A DNA stretch of 64,000 nucleotides. It comes from an uncultured Candidatus Binatia bacterium. Its GTDB lineage: Bacteria; Desulfobacterota; Binatia; UBA9968; JAJDTQ01. The stretch is from positions 2,560,001 to 2,624,000 of the forward strand of contig OZ243916.1 in assembly GCA_965213675.1 (NCBI GenBank), in the 5' to 3' direction. The notes beneath the pieces were generated by a model, which worked only from the letters and a program-made list of their open reading frames with translations, had not been told where the DNA came from and did no database searches. Positions 31,106-41,175 of the stretch are shown here, one piece after another; within the stretch, counting starts at the first letter, position 1; every line of letters begins with the position of its first letter. Position numbers and translations under genes: made by a program.

Positions 31106-34100
31106 ATGACGATCACCCCCACAGGTCGGGCCGTGGTTCATGCGGTGAGGGCGGCGTTCGTGGCCATGTGTGGCGCCGGGCGCTTGTCCGGGTCGGCGAG
31201 CCGCAGTTTCTCCTGCAACCGTTTCGATTCCGCTGCCGCCTGCGCCGCCACGGGTGTGCGTCCCGTCGTCCGCGGCCTGCTCTCGGCCCTCCTGGTCCTG
31301 CCGGCGTTGTTCATGTCGGCGACCGCCGCCGCGGAGCCCAAAGTCACCTTTGGCGCTGCCGCTCACAACAAGGCCGAGGACAACAGCGCCGGCGATCTTG
31401 CCGTTGTTGTGGCGACCAACAACGCAGTGAGCGCCGATCTCGCGGTCAGCTACACGCTCGGCGGTACGGCCACGCCGGGCACCGATTACACCATCAGCTC
31501 AGGGGCGGACTACGGCGCCCGGACCGGCGCCTTCACTATCCCGTCGGGGACGGCTGCCGGTATCTTTGTAGACGCCTTCAGGATCACGGCCATTTCGGAC
31601 GCGCTCCAGGACAGCAGCGAAACCATTGTCGTGACGATCGTCGATGGCGCCGGTTACGATCCCGGGACTACCAGCACGACGACCATCACGTTGTTCGAGA
31701 ACACCGGTAATGCGGCATTCAAGGTGGCCGGCGCCCCCGTAATGGGCGAGACCTTGACCGTGGAGCAGACCGTCGATGATCCGGATGGCAATGGCACGGT
31801 CCAGCATTATCAGTGGCTCAGGAAAAGTCCCGACGCGGAGGCGTGGACCCGGATTCTCGGCGCCACTCAAAGCGACTATGTGGTCCCCCGCATTGTCGTG
31901 GGGCAGGAACTGCTTGCAGCAATTACGTACATCGACGATCTGGGCGTCACCCGAACGGTTTATACGCCGCCGATCGGGCCGGTGGTCGAGTACTACACCG
32001 TGTCCTTCTCGGAGGCGAAGTACAGCGCCAAGGAGGGCATCCCCGTCCATGCGTGGGTGCATATCGCCCCGGTCCGCGCATCGCCCACGCACGTTCCGGT
32101 CTCGACGACCGCGCTCACCGCGACGGGCGGCGGGGTCGATTATCAGGACTACAGCGCCTCGGTTTCCATCCCGGCGGGATGGAACCGATTCCCGTTGTCG
32201 GTCAACACCGTCATCGACAAGGTCCTGGACGAGGGGGAAACGTTCCGGCTGGATATCGACGCTTCCAGCCTTCCCGAGGGTGTCAAGGTCGGAACGCACG
32301 GGTCGGCCGTCGTGACCCTCCTGGACCCCGTGCTGGCCATCACGGGCGGCGACGCGGTGGACGAGGGGCAGCCGGCGGTGTTCACGCTGAACATGGACTA
32401 CGGCCCTGGCGGGACCTGGCCGTACATCGATGTCCGGGTCGCCGTGCCCTGGGGTGGCCGCGTCATGAACCGCACGGTCCGTAGAAATGCTCAGGAGACG
32501 GTGCTCAGTTTCACGGCCACCGGGGACGACCTGAACGTGAGCGGCGACTGGCACTATTGCGCCTGGGTGCTGCCGGTGACCGGGTACAAGACCGGGGATT
32601 CGAGCAAGCCGCCCAAGCCCGCCGGGAAGACTTATGACGGCAATCCCGCCAACTGCCCGTCGGGCGCCACAGTGCTGGTCAGGGACGACGATGACCACCC
32701 GTCCGAGGCCGAGGCGCCACGGGTCACCTCCATCGAGCGGTACTACCCCGACTCGGCGAGGACCATCACCCCCTCCTATCTGCGCTGGCGGCTGACCTTC
32801 AGCGAAGAGGTCGGGAACATGAACAAGGCGGACTTCCAGCTCACCGGCACCACGGCCCGGCTTTCCGTGGAACAGGCCAAAGACCAATACGGAAAGGCCA
32901 TCGACGGCGCCAGGATCGGCGGAAATTGGGTTGCAGACGGTACGGGCTCGACTTGGGACGTGACCGCGAGGGGCGGCAACCTGTTGGATATCAAGGGCAC
33001 GGTCACCCTGAGCTTTGCCGACGACCAGGACATCCGGGATCTGGGCGGCAACGCGCTCGCCAGCACCACGCCCACCGGGACCAACGACAACCATTTCGTG
33101 GTGAACGATCCCAACGCGCCCGCGACGGAGCCGGCGGCGTCCTTCGCCTCGGCGACGTCGAACTCGGCCGAGGACGCCGGCACGCACAAGGTGATGTTGA
33201 ACCTCGCACCGGCGCCCCCGGGCGGCCTCACGCTGAGCTACACGGTAGACGGCACAGCGACGGCGGGCAGCGGCCATGACTTCACCATCCAGAGCTCCGG
33301 GACGCTGTCGGTCGCAGCCGGAGCCACCACCGCGGCGCTCCCGGTGGGCATCCACGACGACGCTTCGGTCGAGGACGACGAGACGGTGGTGCTGACGCTG
33401 ACCGACGGCACGGGCTACACGCTCGGCGGCACGACGGCCCACACCTTCACCATCGCCGACAACGACGTCACGGCCGGCACGCCGGGCGTGACGGTCTCGA
33501 CCGGCGCTCTCGACCTCGCCGAGGGCGGGACCGCGGGGAGCTACACGGTGGTGCTGGCGAGCAAGCCGACCGCGAACGTGACCGTGACGGCGACCAGCGG
33601 CGATGCGGCGAAGGTCAAGCTCCACAAGCAGGGCGGAAGCCCGGGCGCGAGCACGACGCTCACCTTCACGCCGACGACCTGGAACCAGGCGCAGACGATC
33701 ACGGTGACGCCCGAGCAGGACAGCGACGCCGACGACGAGAACGTGACCGTCGCCCATGCGGTGAGCCAAACCGGCGGCTACGACGGTGTGACGGCGGCCT
33801 CGGTCACGGTCGCGGTGGACGACGACCAGACGCCCGCCGCCTGCGTGTCGGACGCGCTCCGCACCAATGTCGAGAGCTATGCGGAGGAAACCTGGCGAGC
33901 CCACCCGCATGTCGAGCGCTGGAGCCAAGTGCTCGCCGCCTTCGGGGTCAGCAACGGCTACAACCCGATGACCGCGAGCGAAGCGCAGACCCACGCCGAC
34001 AGGGGCCTGCCCCGGTGGGTGCCGGTGGTGACTGCGCTAGAATGCCTGGAAGGCGCGCCGCCGCCGCCCGCACTGCCCGTCATCACCATCGCCGGCGGGA

Positions 34101-37100
34101 CAGGCGTCACCGAGGGCGGCGACGCGGTGTTCACCGTCAGCGCGAGTCCCGCGCCGACAGCCAGCCTCACGGTGTCGCTCACCGTCGCCGATGACGGAAC
34201 GAGCGACTTCCTCGCGCAATCGGACGAAGGCGTGCGGACGGTCACCATCGCCGGGGGCCAGACCTCCGCCACCCTGACGCTCACAACGCAAGACGACAGC
34301 GCCGACGAGACCGATGGCAGCGTCACCACCACCGTCGCCGGCGGCGCCGGCTACACCGTCGGCACGCCGTCCACGGGCACGGCGGCGGTGAGCGACGACG
34401 ACGATCCGCCTCCCGCTACGCCAGTAGTGAGTATCGCCGGCGGCAGTGCCATCACCGAGGGCGGCACGGCCCGCTTCACCCTGACCGCGACGCCTGCACC
34501 GCTCGGCACGCTCACGGTGAATGTGAATGTCGTGGACAGCGGCGCGTTCGCGTCGAGCGGCGAGTCCGGCGCGAAGACGGTCACCATCGACACCACCGGC
34601 TCGGCGACGCTCGACGTCGCCACGGACAACGACAACACGGACGAGCCCGACGGCACGCTCGGCGCGACCATCGCCAGCGGTCAGGGCTACACGCCATCTG
34701 GCACCCACGGCTCGGCTTCGATTGCCGTGCGCGACGATGATGCCTCGACCGCCTGCGTCTCCGACGCTCTGCTTGCCGATGTCCAGGGCTATGCGGGGGA
34801 AAACCGGCCGAACTCGCCGGACCATGTCGAGCGCTGGAAGCGGGTGCTCGCCGCCTTCGGGGAGAGCAACAGCTACAGCAACAACCCGATGACCGCGACC
34901 GAAGCGCAGACCCAGGCCGACAGGGGCTTGGCCCGGTGGGTGCCGGTGGTGACCGCGCTCGAATGCCTGGAGGGCGCGCCGCCGCCCGCACTGCCCGCCA
35001 TCAGCATCTCCGCCGGGGCAGGCATCACCGAGGGCGGCGATGCGGTGTTCACCGTCAGCGCGAGTCCCGCGCCGGCAGCGAGCCTCACGGTGTCGCTCAC
35101 CGTCGCCGATGACGGAACGAGCGACTTCCTGGCGCAATCGGACGAAGGCACGCAGACGGTCACCATCGCCGGGGGGCAGACCTCCGCCACCCTGACGCTC
35201 ACGACGCAGGACGACAGCACCGACGAGGCGGACGGCAGCGTCACCGCCACCGTCACCGGCGGCACCGGCTACACCGTCGGCACACCATCCACGGGAACCA
35301 TGGCGGTGAGCGACGACGACCCGGCGCCGTCGGCCACGCCCGTCGTCAGCATTGCCGCGGGCGGAGACGTCAACGAAGGCGCCGCCGCCCAATTCACGCT
35401 CACCGCATCACCCGCCCCGACGACGACCATCACCGTCAACGTCGCGGTCGCGCAGAGCGGAGATTTCGCGACAAGCGGAGAGACGGGAGCGAGAACCGTC
35501 ACCATCGGGTCGAGCGGCACCGCAACGGTGGACGTCGCCACCGACAACGACAGCACCGACGAGGCGAACGGCAGCGTCACCGCCACCGTGCAGGCGGGCA
35601 CCGGCTACACGGTGGCGGCATCGCCGAACCATGCGGCCACGGTGACGGTGTCCGACGACGAAGTGCCGGTCGTGCGCGTCGCGGGCGGCACCGGGGTGAC
35701 CGAAGGCGCTTCGGCTTCGTTCACGGTCACGGCGAGCCCGCCGCCGGCCGCATCCATCACCGTCAACGTTGCGGTCACGCAGAGCGGCGATTTCGCCACT
35801 TCCGGCGAGACCGGCACGCGGACGGTCACCGTCGCGACCTCGGGCAACGCGACCTTCTCGGTCGCCACCGACGACGACAGCACCGACGAGACGAACGGCA
35901 GCGTCACCGCCACCGTGCGGACGGGCACCGGCTACACGGTGGCGGCATCGCCGAACCATGCAGCCACGGTGACGGTGTCCGACGACGACGGCACCTCGTC
36001 GGGGCCGACTCTCTCGATTGCCGATGCGAGCTTCACCGAGAACGAACGCTATGGCTACTTCACGGTGACCTTGAGCGAGGCGACGGACGTCGACGTGCGC
36101 TTCGTCTACGCGACACGCGACTCGACGCCGGTCTCGGCAACGGCGAACGAGGACTACGTCGAGATCCCGCGCGCGTGGAGGATCGGACGCCGGATCAAGG
36201 CCGGCGAAACGCAGACACGGTTCTGGATCCCGATTCGCGACGACAACCACGACGAAGGCCCGGAGACGTTCGAGGTCGAAATCTTCGACGCGTTCGTCTG
36301 GCGCTCGGGCAAAGTCCCACTGACGATTACGGATTCGGTTGCGGTGGGCACCATCACCAACTCGGACCCGATGCCAGCGGCGTGGCTGGCGCGCTTCGGT
36401 CGCACGGTGGCGGAGCAGGCGCTCGACGGCATAGCCGGACGCATCGCGGCCCCGCGCACCGCGGGTGTCGAGGGCACCCTGGCCGGACAGGCGCTCACCT
36501 TCGGCAGCGGCGGCCCCGCCGGGGAGGAGCACCCGTACGGGCCGGACGCCTCCCTCACCCTGACGTCGCGCGATGCGCTGCTCGGCAGCCGGTTCACCGC
36601 GACGGGGGAGAGAGACGTGAGCGGCGGGAGCCTCGCCTTCTGGGGCCGTGCGGCGCACTCGCGCTTCGACGGCCGGGAGGGAACGTTCTCCCTCGACGGG
36701 GAGACGACCACGGCGATGCTCGGCGCGGACTATGCGCGCGGCGACTGGCTGCTCGGCCTTGCGCTCACGCACAGTGAGGGCGAGGGCGGCTATGCCGACC
36801 GCGGCACGGGACCGCAGGCATGCCCCGACGATTCGGACCCCGGCATGATGGCGTCTCTGTGCAACGGGGCGGTACAGGAAGGCGACGGCGACGTGGACGC
36901 CGCGCTCACCGCCGCCCTTCCCTATGCGGCACTTCAGGCATCCGAGCGCCTCAAGCTCTGGGGCGCGCTCGGCTACGGCTCGGGCGACGTGACGCTCAAT
37001 CCCCAAACCGGCGAGGTGCTCGAGTCGGACATCTCGTGGACGATGGCCTCGGCGGGCACCCGAAGCGACCTCCTCACCCCGCTGGACGAAGGCGGAGGGT

Positions 37101-37816
37101 TTTCCCTCGCTCTGGTCTCGGATGCGCTCTGGGCGCGGACGAACTCGGAGAAGACGAGCGGTCTGGCGGCGTCGGACTCAGACGTGACACGGTTCCGTCT
37201 GGGACTGAGGGGAAGCTGGAGCCATCCCCTCGAAGGCGGTGGCCATTGGACGCCGAAGCTCGAAGCGGGCATGCGCCACGACGGCGGCGACGCCGAGACC
37301 GGCTTTGGAGTCGAGCTTGGCGGCGGCCTCGCCTGGAGCGTTCCCACCCTCGGCCTGTCACTCGACCTGTCGGGCCGCACCCTGCTCGCGCACGCCGACA
37401 ACGACCTGAAGGACCGGGGCTTCGCGGCCTCGTTCGTCTTCGACCCCGCTCCGGCAAGCGAGCGCGGCGCGGCGTTCCGCATTCGTCAGGAATGGGGCGG
37501 ACAGGCCGCGGGCGGGCTCGACGCACTGTTCGCGGCCGACCCCCTGGAGGACCGCACCGGGAGCGAGACCGCGAGCCGCTGGACGGCGGAAGCGGCCTGG
37601 GGCTTCGCCGCCTTCGGCGGGCGCTTCACCGGCAGTCCGCACGCCGGAGTCGGCCTCTCCACCGGAGCGCGCGAATACACCCTCGGCTGGCGGCTCACGC
37701 CGGCGGCCGGCGCCAGTGCCCCCGGCCTTTCCTTCGGGGTGGAGGCGACCCAGCGCGAGGACCGCGGCACGGCGACGGCACACGCGCTCGGGATCGAACT
37801 CAACGCACACTGGTGA
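31106..37816 (+). CDS. Large Calx-beta/Ig-repeat autotransporter (type V adhesin-like)
   Basis: ATG after AGGAG; long signal region ending ATAAA; many Calx-beta-like repeats (D..DE..ET/GSVT...GYTVG...V.DDD); C-terminal beta-barrel starting near DPMPAAWLARFGRTVA and ending in a terminal Trp. Confidence 0.88.
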   Translation: MTITPTGRAVVHAVRAAFVAMCGAGRLSGSASRSFSCNRFDSAAACAATGVRPVVRGLLSALLVLPALFMSATAAAEPKVTFGAAAHNKAEDNSAGDLAVVVATNNAVSADLAVSYTLGGTATPGTDYTISSGADYGARTGAFTIPSGTAAGIFVDAFRITAISDALQDSSETIVVTIVDGAGYDPGTTSTTTITLFENTGNAAFKVAGAPVMGETLTVEQTVDDPDGNGTVQHYQWLRKSPDAEAWTRILGATQSDYVVPRIVVGQELLAAITYIDDLGVTRTVYTPPIGPVVEYYTVSFSEAKYSAKEGIPVHAWVHIAPVRASPTHVPVSTTALTATGGGVDYQDYSASVSIPAGWNRFPLSVNTVIDKVLDEGETFRLDIDASSLPEGVKVGTHGSAVVTLLDPVLAITGGDAVDEGQPAVFTLNMDYGPGGTWPYIDVRVAVPWGGRVMNRTVRRNAQETVLSFTATGDDLNVSGDWHYCAWVLPVTGYKTGDSSKPPKPAGKTYDGNPANCPSGATVLVRDDDDHPSEAEAPRVTSIERYYPDSARTITPSYLRWRLTFSEEVGNMNKADFQLTGTTARLSVEQAKDQYGKAIDGARIGGNWVADGTGSTWDVTARGGNLLDIKGTVTLSFADDQDIRDLGGNALASTTPTGTNDNHFVVNDPNAPATEPAASFASATSNSAEDAGTHKVMLNLAPAPPGGLTLSYTVDGTATAGSGHDFTIQSSGTLSVAAGATTAALPVGIHDDASVEDDETVVLTLTDGTGYTLGGTTAHTFTIADNDVTAGTPGVTVSTGALDLAEGGTAGSYTVVLASKPTANVTVTATSGDAAKVKLHKQGGSPGASTTLTFTPTTWNQAQTITVTPEQDSDADDENVTVAHAVSQTGGYDGVTAASVTVAVDDDQTPAACVSDALRTNVESYAEETWRAHPHVERWSQVLAAFGVSNGYNPMTASEAQTHADRGLPRWVPVVTALECLEGAPPPPALPVITIAGGTGVTEGGDAVFTVSASPAPTASLTVSLTVADDGTSDFLAQSDEGVRTVTIAGGQTSATLTLTTQDDSADETDGSVTTTVAGGAGYTVGTPSTGTAAVSDDDDPPPATPVVSIAGGSAITEGGTARFTLTATPAPLGTLTVNVNVVDSGAFASSGESGAKTVTIDTTGSATLDVATDNDNTDEPDGTLGATIASGQGYTPSGTHGSASIAVRDDDASTACVSDALLADVQGYAGENRPNSPDHVERWKRVLAAFGESNSYSNNPMTATEAQTQADRGLARWVPVVTALECLEGAPPPALPAISISAGAGITEGGDAVFTVSASPAPAASLTVSLTVADDGTSDFLAQSDEGTQTVTIAGGQTSATLTLTTQDDSTDEADGSVTATVTGGTGYTVGTPSTGTMAVSDDDPAPSATPVVSIAAGGDVNEGAAAQFTLTASPAPTTTITVNVAVAQSGDFATSGETGARTVTIGSSGTATVDVATDNDSTDEANGSVTATVQAGTGYTVAASPNHAATVTVSDDEVPVVRVAGGTGVTEGASASFTVTASPPPAASITVNVAVTQSGDFATSGETGTRTVTVATSGNATFSVATDDDSTDETNGSVTATVRTGTGYTVAASPNHAATVTVSDDDGTSSGPTLSIADASFTENERYGYFTVTLSEATDVDVRFVYATRDSTPVSATANEDYVEIPRAWRIGRRIKAGETQTRFWIPIRDDNHDEGPETFEVEIFDAFVWRSGKVPLTITDSVAVGTITNSDPMPAAWLARFGRTVAEQALDGIAGRIAAPRTAGVEGTLAGQALTFGSGGPAGEEHPYGPDASLTLTSRDALLGSRFTATGERDVSGGSLAFWGRAAHSRFDGREGTFSLDGETTTAMLGADYARGDWLLGLALTHSEGEGGYADRGTGPQACPDDSDPGMMASLCNGAVQEGDGDVDAALTAALPYAALQASERLKLWGALGYGSGDVTLNPQTGEVLESDISWTMASAGTRSDLLTPLDEGGGFSLALVSDALWARTNSEKTSGLAASDSDVTRFRLGLRGSWSHPLEGGGHWTPKLEAGMRHDGGDAETGFGVELGGGLAWSVPTLGLSLDLSGRTLLAHADNDLKDRGFAASFVFDPAPASERGAAFRIRQEWGGQAAGGLDALFAADPLEDRTGSETASRWTAEAAWGFAAFGGRFTGSPHAGVGLSTGAREYTLGWRLTPAAGASAPGLSFGVEATQREDRGTATAHALGIELNAHW
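33842..35350 (+). repeat. Intragenic direct duplication (about 600-bp unit, 912-bp offset): Cys-bracketed helical module plus Calx-beta domain
   Basis: 33842-~34440 and 34754-~35350 are closely similar in DNA and protein (e.g. TEGGDAVFTVSASPAP.ASLTVSLTVADDGTSDFLAQSDEG). Confidence 0.85.
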
Positions 37817-38155
37817 GGTCCCCGGGATCTTGCGCCCAGCGACGGGCTCGCCGCCATCATGGGCATGTAGCCGGCGACCCATGATCGGAGCGCAACCACG
37901 GGGGAACGCTCATGGCCTTCATGCGAACACAGGTGCGGCGATTTCAAATCTTCGTTTCCCGGTAGGACCGGCCCCCGCAACCGTCCCTCCATGGGGGTTC
38001 GTCCGGCTCCGTTCCAGCCATTGGCGCCATTTCCTCAACCGGCATCAGGCACATCTTGTCGAAGGCCTTCTCGGTCCGCACCGCCAACCCGTTTCCTTGA
38101 TCGGCACCGGCAATCCTGTTAGACGCCAGACTTGGGTCCTACGCTCTGACGGGCC

Positions 38156-38443
38156 ATGGAAGCACCTTACGACAACCCATCCGAAACCGCCGAAGCGCTC
38201 ATCGAGCGCCTTGCCCAAGCGGTGCATGGCCGGCGCATGACGGTGCCGGCGATCCTGTTTCTCGAAACCCACAAGCCGCTGACGTCGCTGTTCCATACGG
38301 CGGCGGTGATGAGCCTGCCGATGATGCTGCCGCTGTTCGGCGCGAAGGCGCGGGAGTTGCCGGCGTTTCTCCAGTCGCGGGACAACGTGGAGCGGCTCAT
38401 CCGGCGCATCGAAGAACTCGCCGGGGAAGGCGGAAAGGACTGA
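38156..38443 (+). CDS. Small helical hypothetical protein, first gene of the GlmL-like operon
   Basis: 95 aa, VPAILFLETHKPL...NVERLIRRIEE; TGATG overlap with the next gene. Confidence 0.8.
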   Translation: MEAPYDNPSETAEALIERLAQAVHGRRMTVPAILFLETHKPLTSLFHTAAVMSLPMMLPLFGAKARELPAFLQSRDNVERLIRRIEELAGEGGKD

Positions 38444-39252
38444 TGAGCGGTTTCGAGAACGCCACCCCAGGGGTGCTGGTGGTGATGGCGCTGATGATCG
38501 CGCCGGTGCTCTACTACATTCGCGTGGCGCGGCGGCGGAGCGACCTTTACGTGCGCCGGCTGGCCGGTGTGGACGCCATCGACGAGGCCGCCGGGCGGGC
38601 GGCGGAGATGGGGCGCCCGCTGTCCTTCTCCACCGGCCTCACCAATGTAAGCCCGGTCCTGTACGCCTGCCTGGGGGTGCTCTATTACGTGGCGCGCAAG
38701 GCGGCGCAGTACCGGACGCGCCTGCTGGTGCCGCAGAACACACCGGAGGTCATGGCCATCGCCGAGGACGTGCTGCGCGAAGCCTACCGCGCCGAGGGCC
38801 GCTCGGCCCTGTTCGATCCGCGCAACATCCGGTTTCTCTCCGAGGAGCAGTTCGCCTTCGCCGCGGGCTACATCGGAATGGTGCAGCGGGAGCGCGTGGC
38901 GGGCGCCTTTCTCTTCGGCAACTTCGCGGCCGAATCGCTGATCCTGGCGGAGGCGGGGCAGCAGGTGGGGGCCATGCAGGTGGGCGCCTCGGTGAGCCCC
39001 GAGCAGGTGGCGTTCTTCATCGCGGCGTGCGATTACACGCTCATCGGCGAGGAGCTGTTCGCCGCGTCGGCCTACCTCACCCGTGAACCCATCCAGCTCG
39101 GCAGCCTCTACGGGCAGGACCGCGCCAAGCTCTTCCTCTTCCTCATGATCCTGGCCGGAGTGGGCATCGCCACGGTGAACTCGGTGTGGCCCGAACTGGG
39201 TCTCACCAACCTGGACACCCTCATGCATCTTGGCTGGGGGTTCGGGTCGTGA
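38443..39252 (+). CDS. DUF6754-like membrane protein
   Basis: N-terminal TM, VRRLAGVDAIDEAAGRAAEMGRP, FLSEEQFAFAAG, FAAESLILAEAG, ACDYTLIGEELFAASAYL, C-terminal TM; family recognised from memory. Confidence 0.75.
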   Translation: MSGFENATPGVLVVMALMIAPVLYYIRVARRRSDLYVRRLAGVDAIDEAAGRAAEMGRPLSFSTGLTNVSPVLYACLGVLYYVARKAAQYRTRLLVPQNTPEVMAIAEDVLREAYRAEGRSALFDPRNIRFLSEEQFAFAAGYIGMVQRERVAGAFLFGNFAAESLILAEAGQQVGAMQVGASVSPEQVAFFIAACDYTLIGEELFAASAYLTREPIQLGSLYGQDRAKLFLFLMILAGVGIATVNSVWPELGLTNLDTLMHLGWGFGS

Positions 39253-40298
39253 ACGTCCGGGCGCGCCTCATCAAGCTCGTCACCCTGCTGGGCGGCATCT
39301 ATTTCTTCCTGGAGTTCGTGCTGCCGGGCACCGTGTTCGGAGTGAAGGTCGACGCCTACCATGACCAGATCACCAACGGTTTCATTACCGTGGGGGCCAT
39401 GGCCGCGGGGCTGGGGCTTGTCAATCTGCTCATGCAGCACGGTTCGCGGATCGTCTTCCGGCGCCGGGAATGGCCCTACAGCCTGGCGCTGCTTTCGGGG
39501 CTGGCCGTCATGATCGTCGTGACGCTTCAGGACTGGCGCGGCACCGACCGGGTGGCGGAAGAGGTGGCGGGCATTTCCCGGCTGGCGGACTTTGCGGCGC
39601 GCATCGGGTCGGACCACGAAAACGCGGCCGAAGGCGCGCTGCCCGCGGGCGCGCGCAACCGCGCGCTGCGGGACGCGGCGAACCGGCTGCTGGCGCGTAT
39701 CGAAGACGAGACCGGCGCCTTCGACCTCCGACGATTCGGGCAAGGGAGCATCGACCACGGGCTCGCGCGGGGCCACCTGGCGGTGGTGGGCAAGGGGGTT
39801 GCCGCGGCGCGCGGCGCGCTCGGGAAGCTCACCGTGGCCGACGGCGCGGCGCCGGACCTCGCCGCCAACGCGGCGGTGACCCGCGCCCTGCGCGGCCTCG
39901 CCGATAATTGGCGCGCCCTGCGCAACCTCGAGTACGAGTACTCCACGTCCAGGCACGTCTACCGGCTGCTCTTTGAAGGCTTGTTCGTGGCGCTGGGCTC
40001 GGCCATGTTCTCGCTGCTGGGTTTCTACATCGCGGCCGCGGCCTACCGCGCCTTCCGGGTGCGCTCCGCCGAGTCATCCTTGATGATGGCCGCGGCGGTG
40101 GTGGTCATGCTCGGGCAGATCCCCTTCGGCGTATGGATCTGGTCCGGGCTGCCGGACTTGCGGCTCTGGCTCCTGGAAATACCCAACTCGGCGGCGTTCC
40201 GCGCCATCACCTTCGGCGCCGGCGTGGCCGGGCTGGTGATGGCGTTCCGCATGTGGTTCTCCATCGAATCGGACTCCTTCGACCGGGAGGGACGCTGA
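39249..40298 (+). CDS. Multi-pass membrane protein of unknown function with a long helical insert
   Basis: GTGA overlap; about six TM helices; AMFSLLGFYIAAAAYRAFRVRS.ESSLMM motif. Confidence 0.8.
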   Translation: MNVRARLIKLVTLLGGIYFFLEFVLPGTVFGVKVDAYHDQITNGFITVGAMAAGLGLVNLLMQHGSRIVFRRREWPYSLALLSGLAVMIVVTLQDWRGTDRVAEEVAGISRLADFAARIGSDHENAAEGALPAGARNRALRDAANRLLARIEDETGAFDLRRFGQGSIDHGLARGHLAVVGKGVAAARGALGKLTVADGAAPDLAANAAVTRALRGLADNWRALRNLEYEYSTSRHVYRLLFEGLFVALGSAMFSLLGFYIAAAAYRAFRVRSAESSLMMAAAVVVMLGQIPFGVWIWSGLPDLRLWLLEIPNSAAFRAITFGAGVAGLVMAFRMWFSIESDSFDREGR

Positions 40299-40299
40299 C

Positions 40300-41175
40300 G
40301 TGAACCTTGCCCGGATCGACCGCCGCTGGATCTACCTGCTGGTCTTCCTGGCGCTGAGCGCGCCCATCTTGACGCAATACACGGTGCCGCCGGCGCGCAT
40401 GAGCGACGCGGAGCGGTTCTTCGAGGTGGTGGACGGCCTCGAGGCGACACCGGGCCGCTACGCCTTCGTGGCCATGGACTTCGGGCCCAGCACCAAGGGC
40501 GAGAACCAGCCCCAGGCGCGCGCGGTGGTGGAGCATCTCATGCGCCGGCGCATCCCGGTGATCCTGTTTTCGCTCTATTACCTCGCGGAGCCGTTCCTCA
40601 AGTCCATCCCCGAGGAGGTGGGGCGCCAACTCGAACGGGAAAACCCCGGCGAGACCTGGGAATACGGCCGCGACTGGATCAATCTGGGATACCGGCCCGG
40701 GGCCGGGATCCTGATCCAGGCGATTCCCAAGTCCGAAAACCTGGCCCAACTTTTCGGCAAGGACGCCCGCGGCAACCGAATTTCCGATCTGCCCGGGTTC
40801 CGCGAACTGCGCACCTTGCGCCAGATCGCCTTTCTCGCCGAGTTCACCGGCCTGGTCGGCGCCTTCGACACCTACGTGCAGTATTTTACCAGCAAGGACT
40901 ACACGCCGGCCTTCGGCCACGGCTGCACTTCCATCACCATCCCGGAGGCGTTCATCTACCTGGACTCGGGACAGATCCAGGGCCTGCTGGGCGGGCTGGC
41001 GGGGGCCGCCTGGTACTCCGAGCTGTTGCGCCGGCGCTATCCCGAGCGCCCGGTGGACGAATCGCTGATGCTCAACACGGGCCTCGGGGTGGCCCAGCTC
41101 GTGGTCATCGCCTTCATCGTGCTGGGAAATCTGGCGGGACTGTTCGGGCGACGGCGGACGCGGTCCCGACCATGA
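40300..41175 (+). CDS. Membrane-anchored alpha/beta-domain protein of unknown function
   Basis: IDRRWIYLL N-terminal anchor, DFGPSTKGENQP, YGRDWINLGYRPG, YLDSGQIQGLLGGLAGAAWY, C-terminal TM. Confidence 0.8.
   Translation: MNLARIDRRWIYLLVFLALSAPILTQYTVPPARMSDAERFFEVVDGLEATPGRYAFVAMDFGPSTKGENQPQARAVVEHLMRRRIPVILFSLYYLAEPFLKSIPEEVGRQLERENPGETWEYGRDWINLGYRPGAGILIQAIPKSENLAQLFGKDARGNRISDLPGFRELRTLRQIAFLAEFTGLVGAFDTYVQYFTSKDYTPAFGHGCTSITIPEAFIYLDSGQIQGLLGGLAGAAWYSELLRRRYPERPVDESLMLNTGLGVAQLVVIAFIVLGNLAGLFGRRRTRSRP

Noticed and set aside
31106-37816. Diversity-generating retroelement suggested by the repeated segments
   Set aside because: Both copies are in-frame coding domains, the differences do not look adenine-specific, and no reverse transcriptase is present.
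38097-38125. Sigma70 promoter TTGATC-N17-TAGACG for the GlmL-like operon
   Set aside because: Spacing fits, but the -10 lacks the conserved final T; too weak to call.
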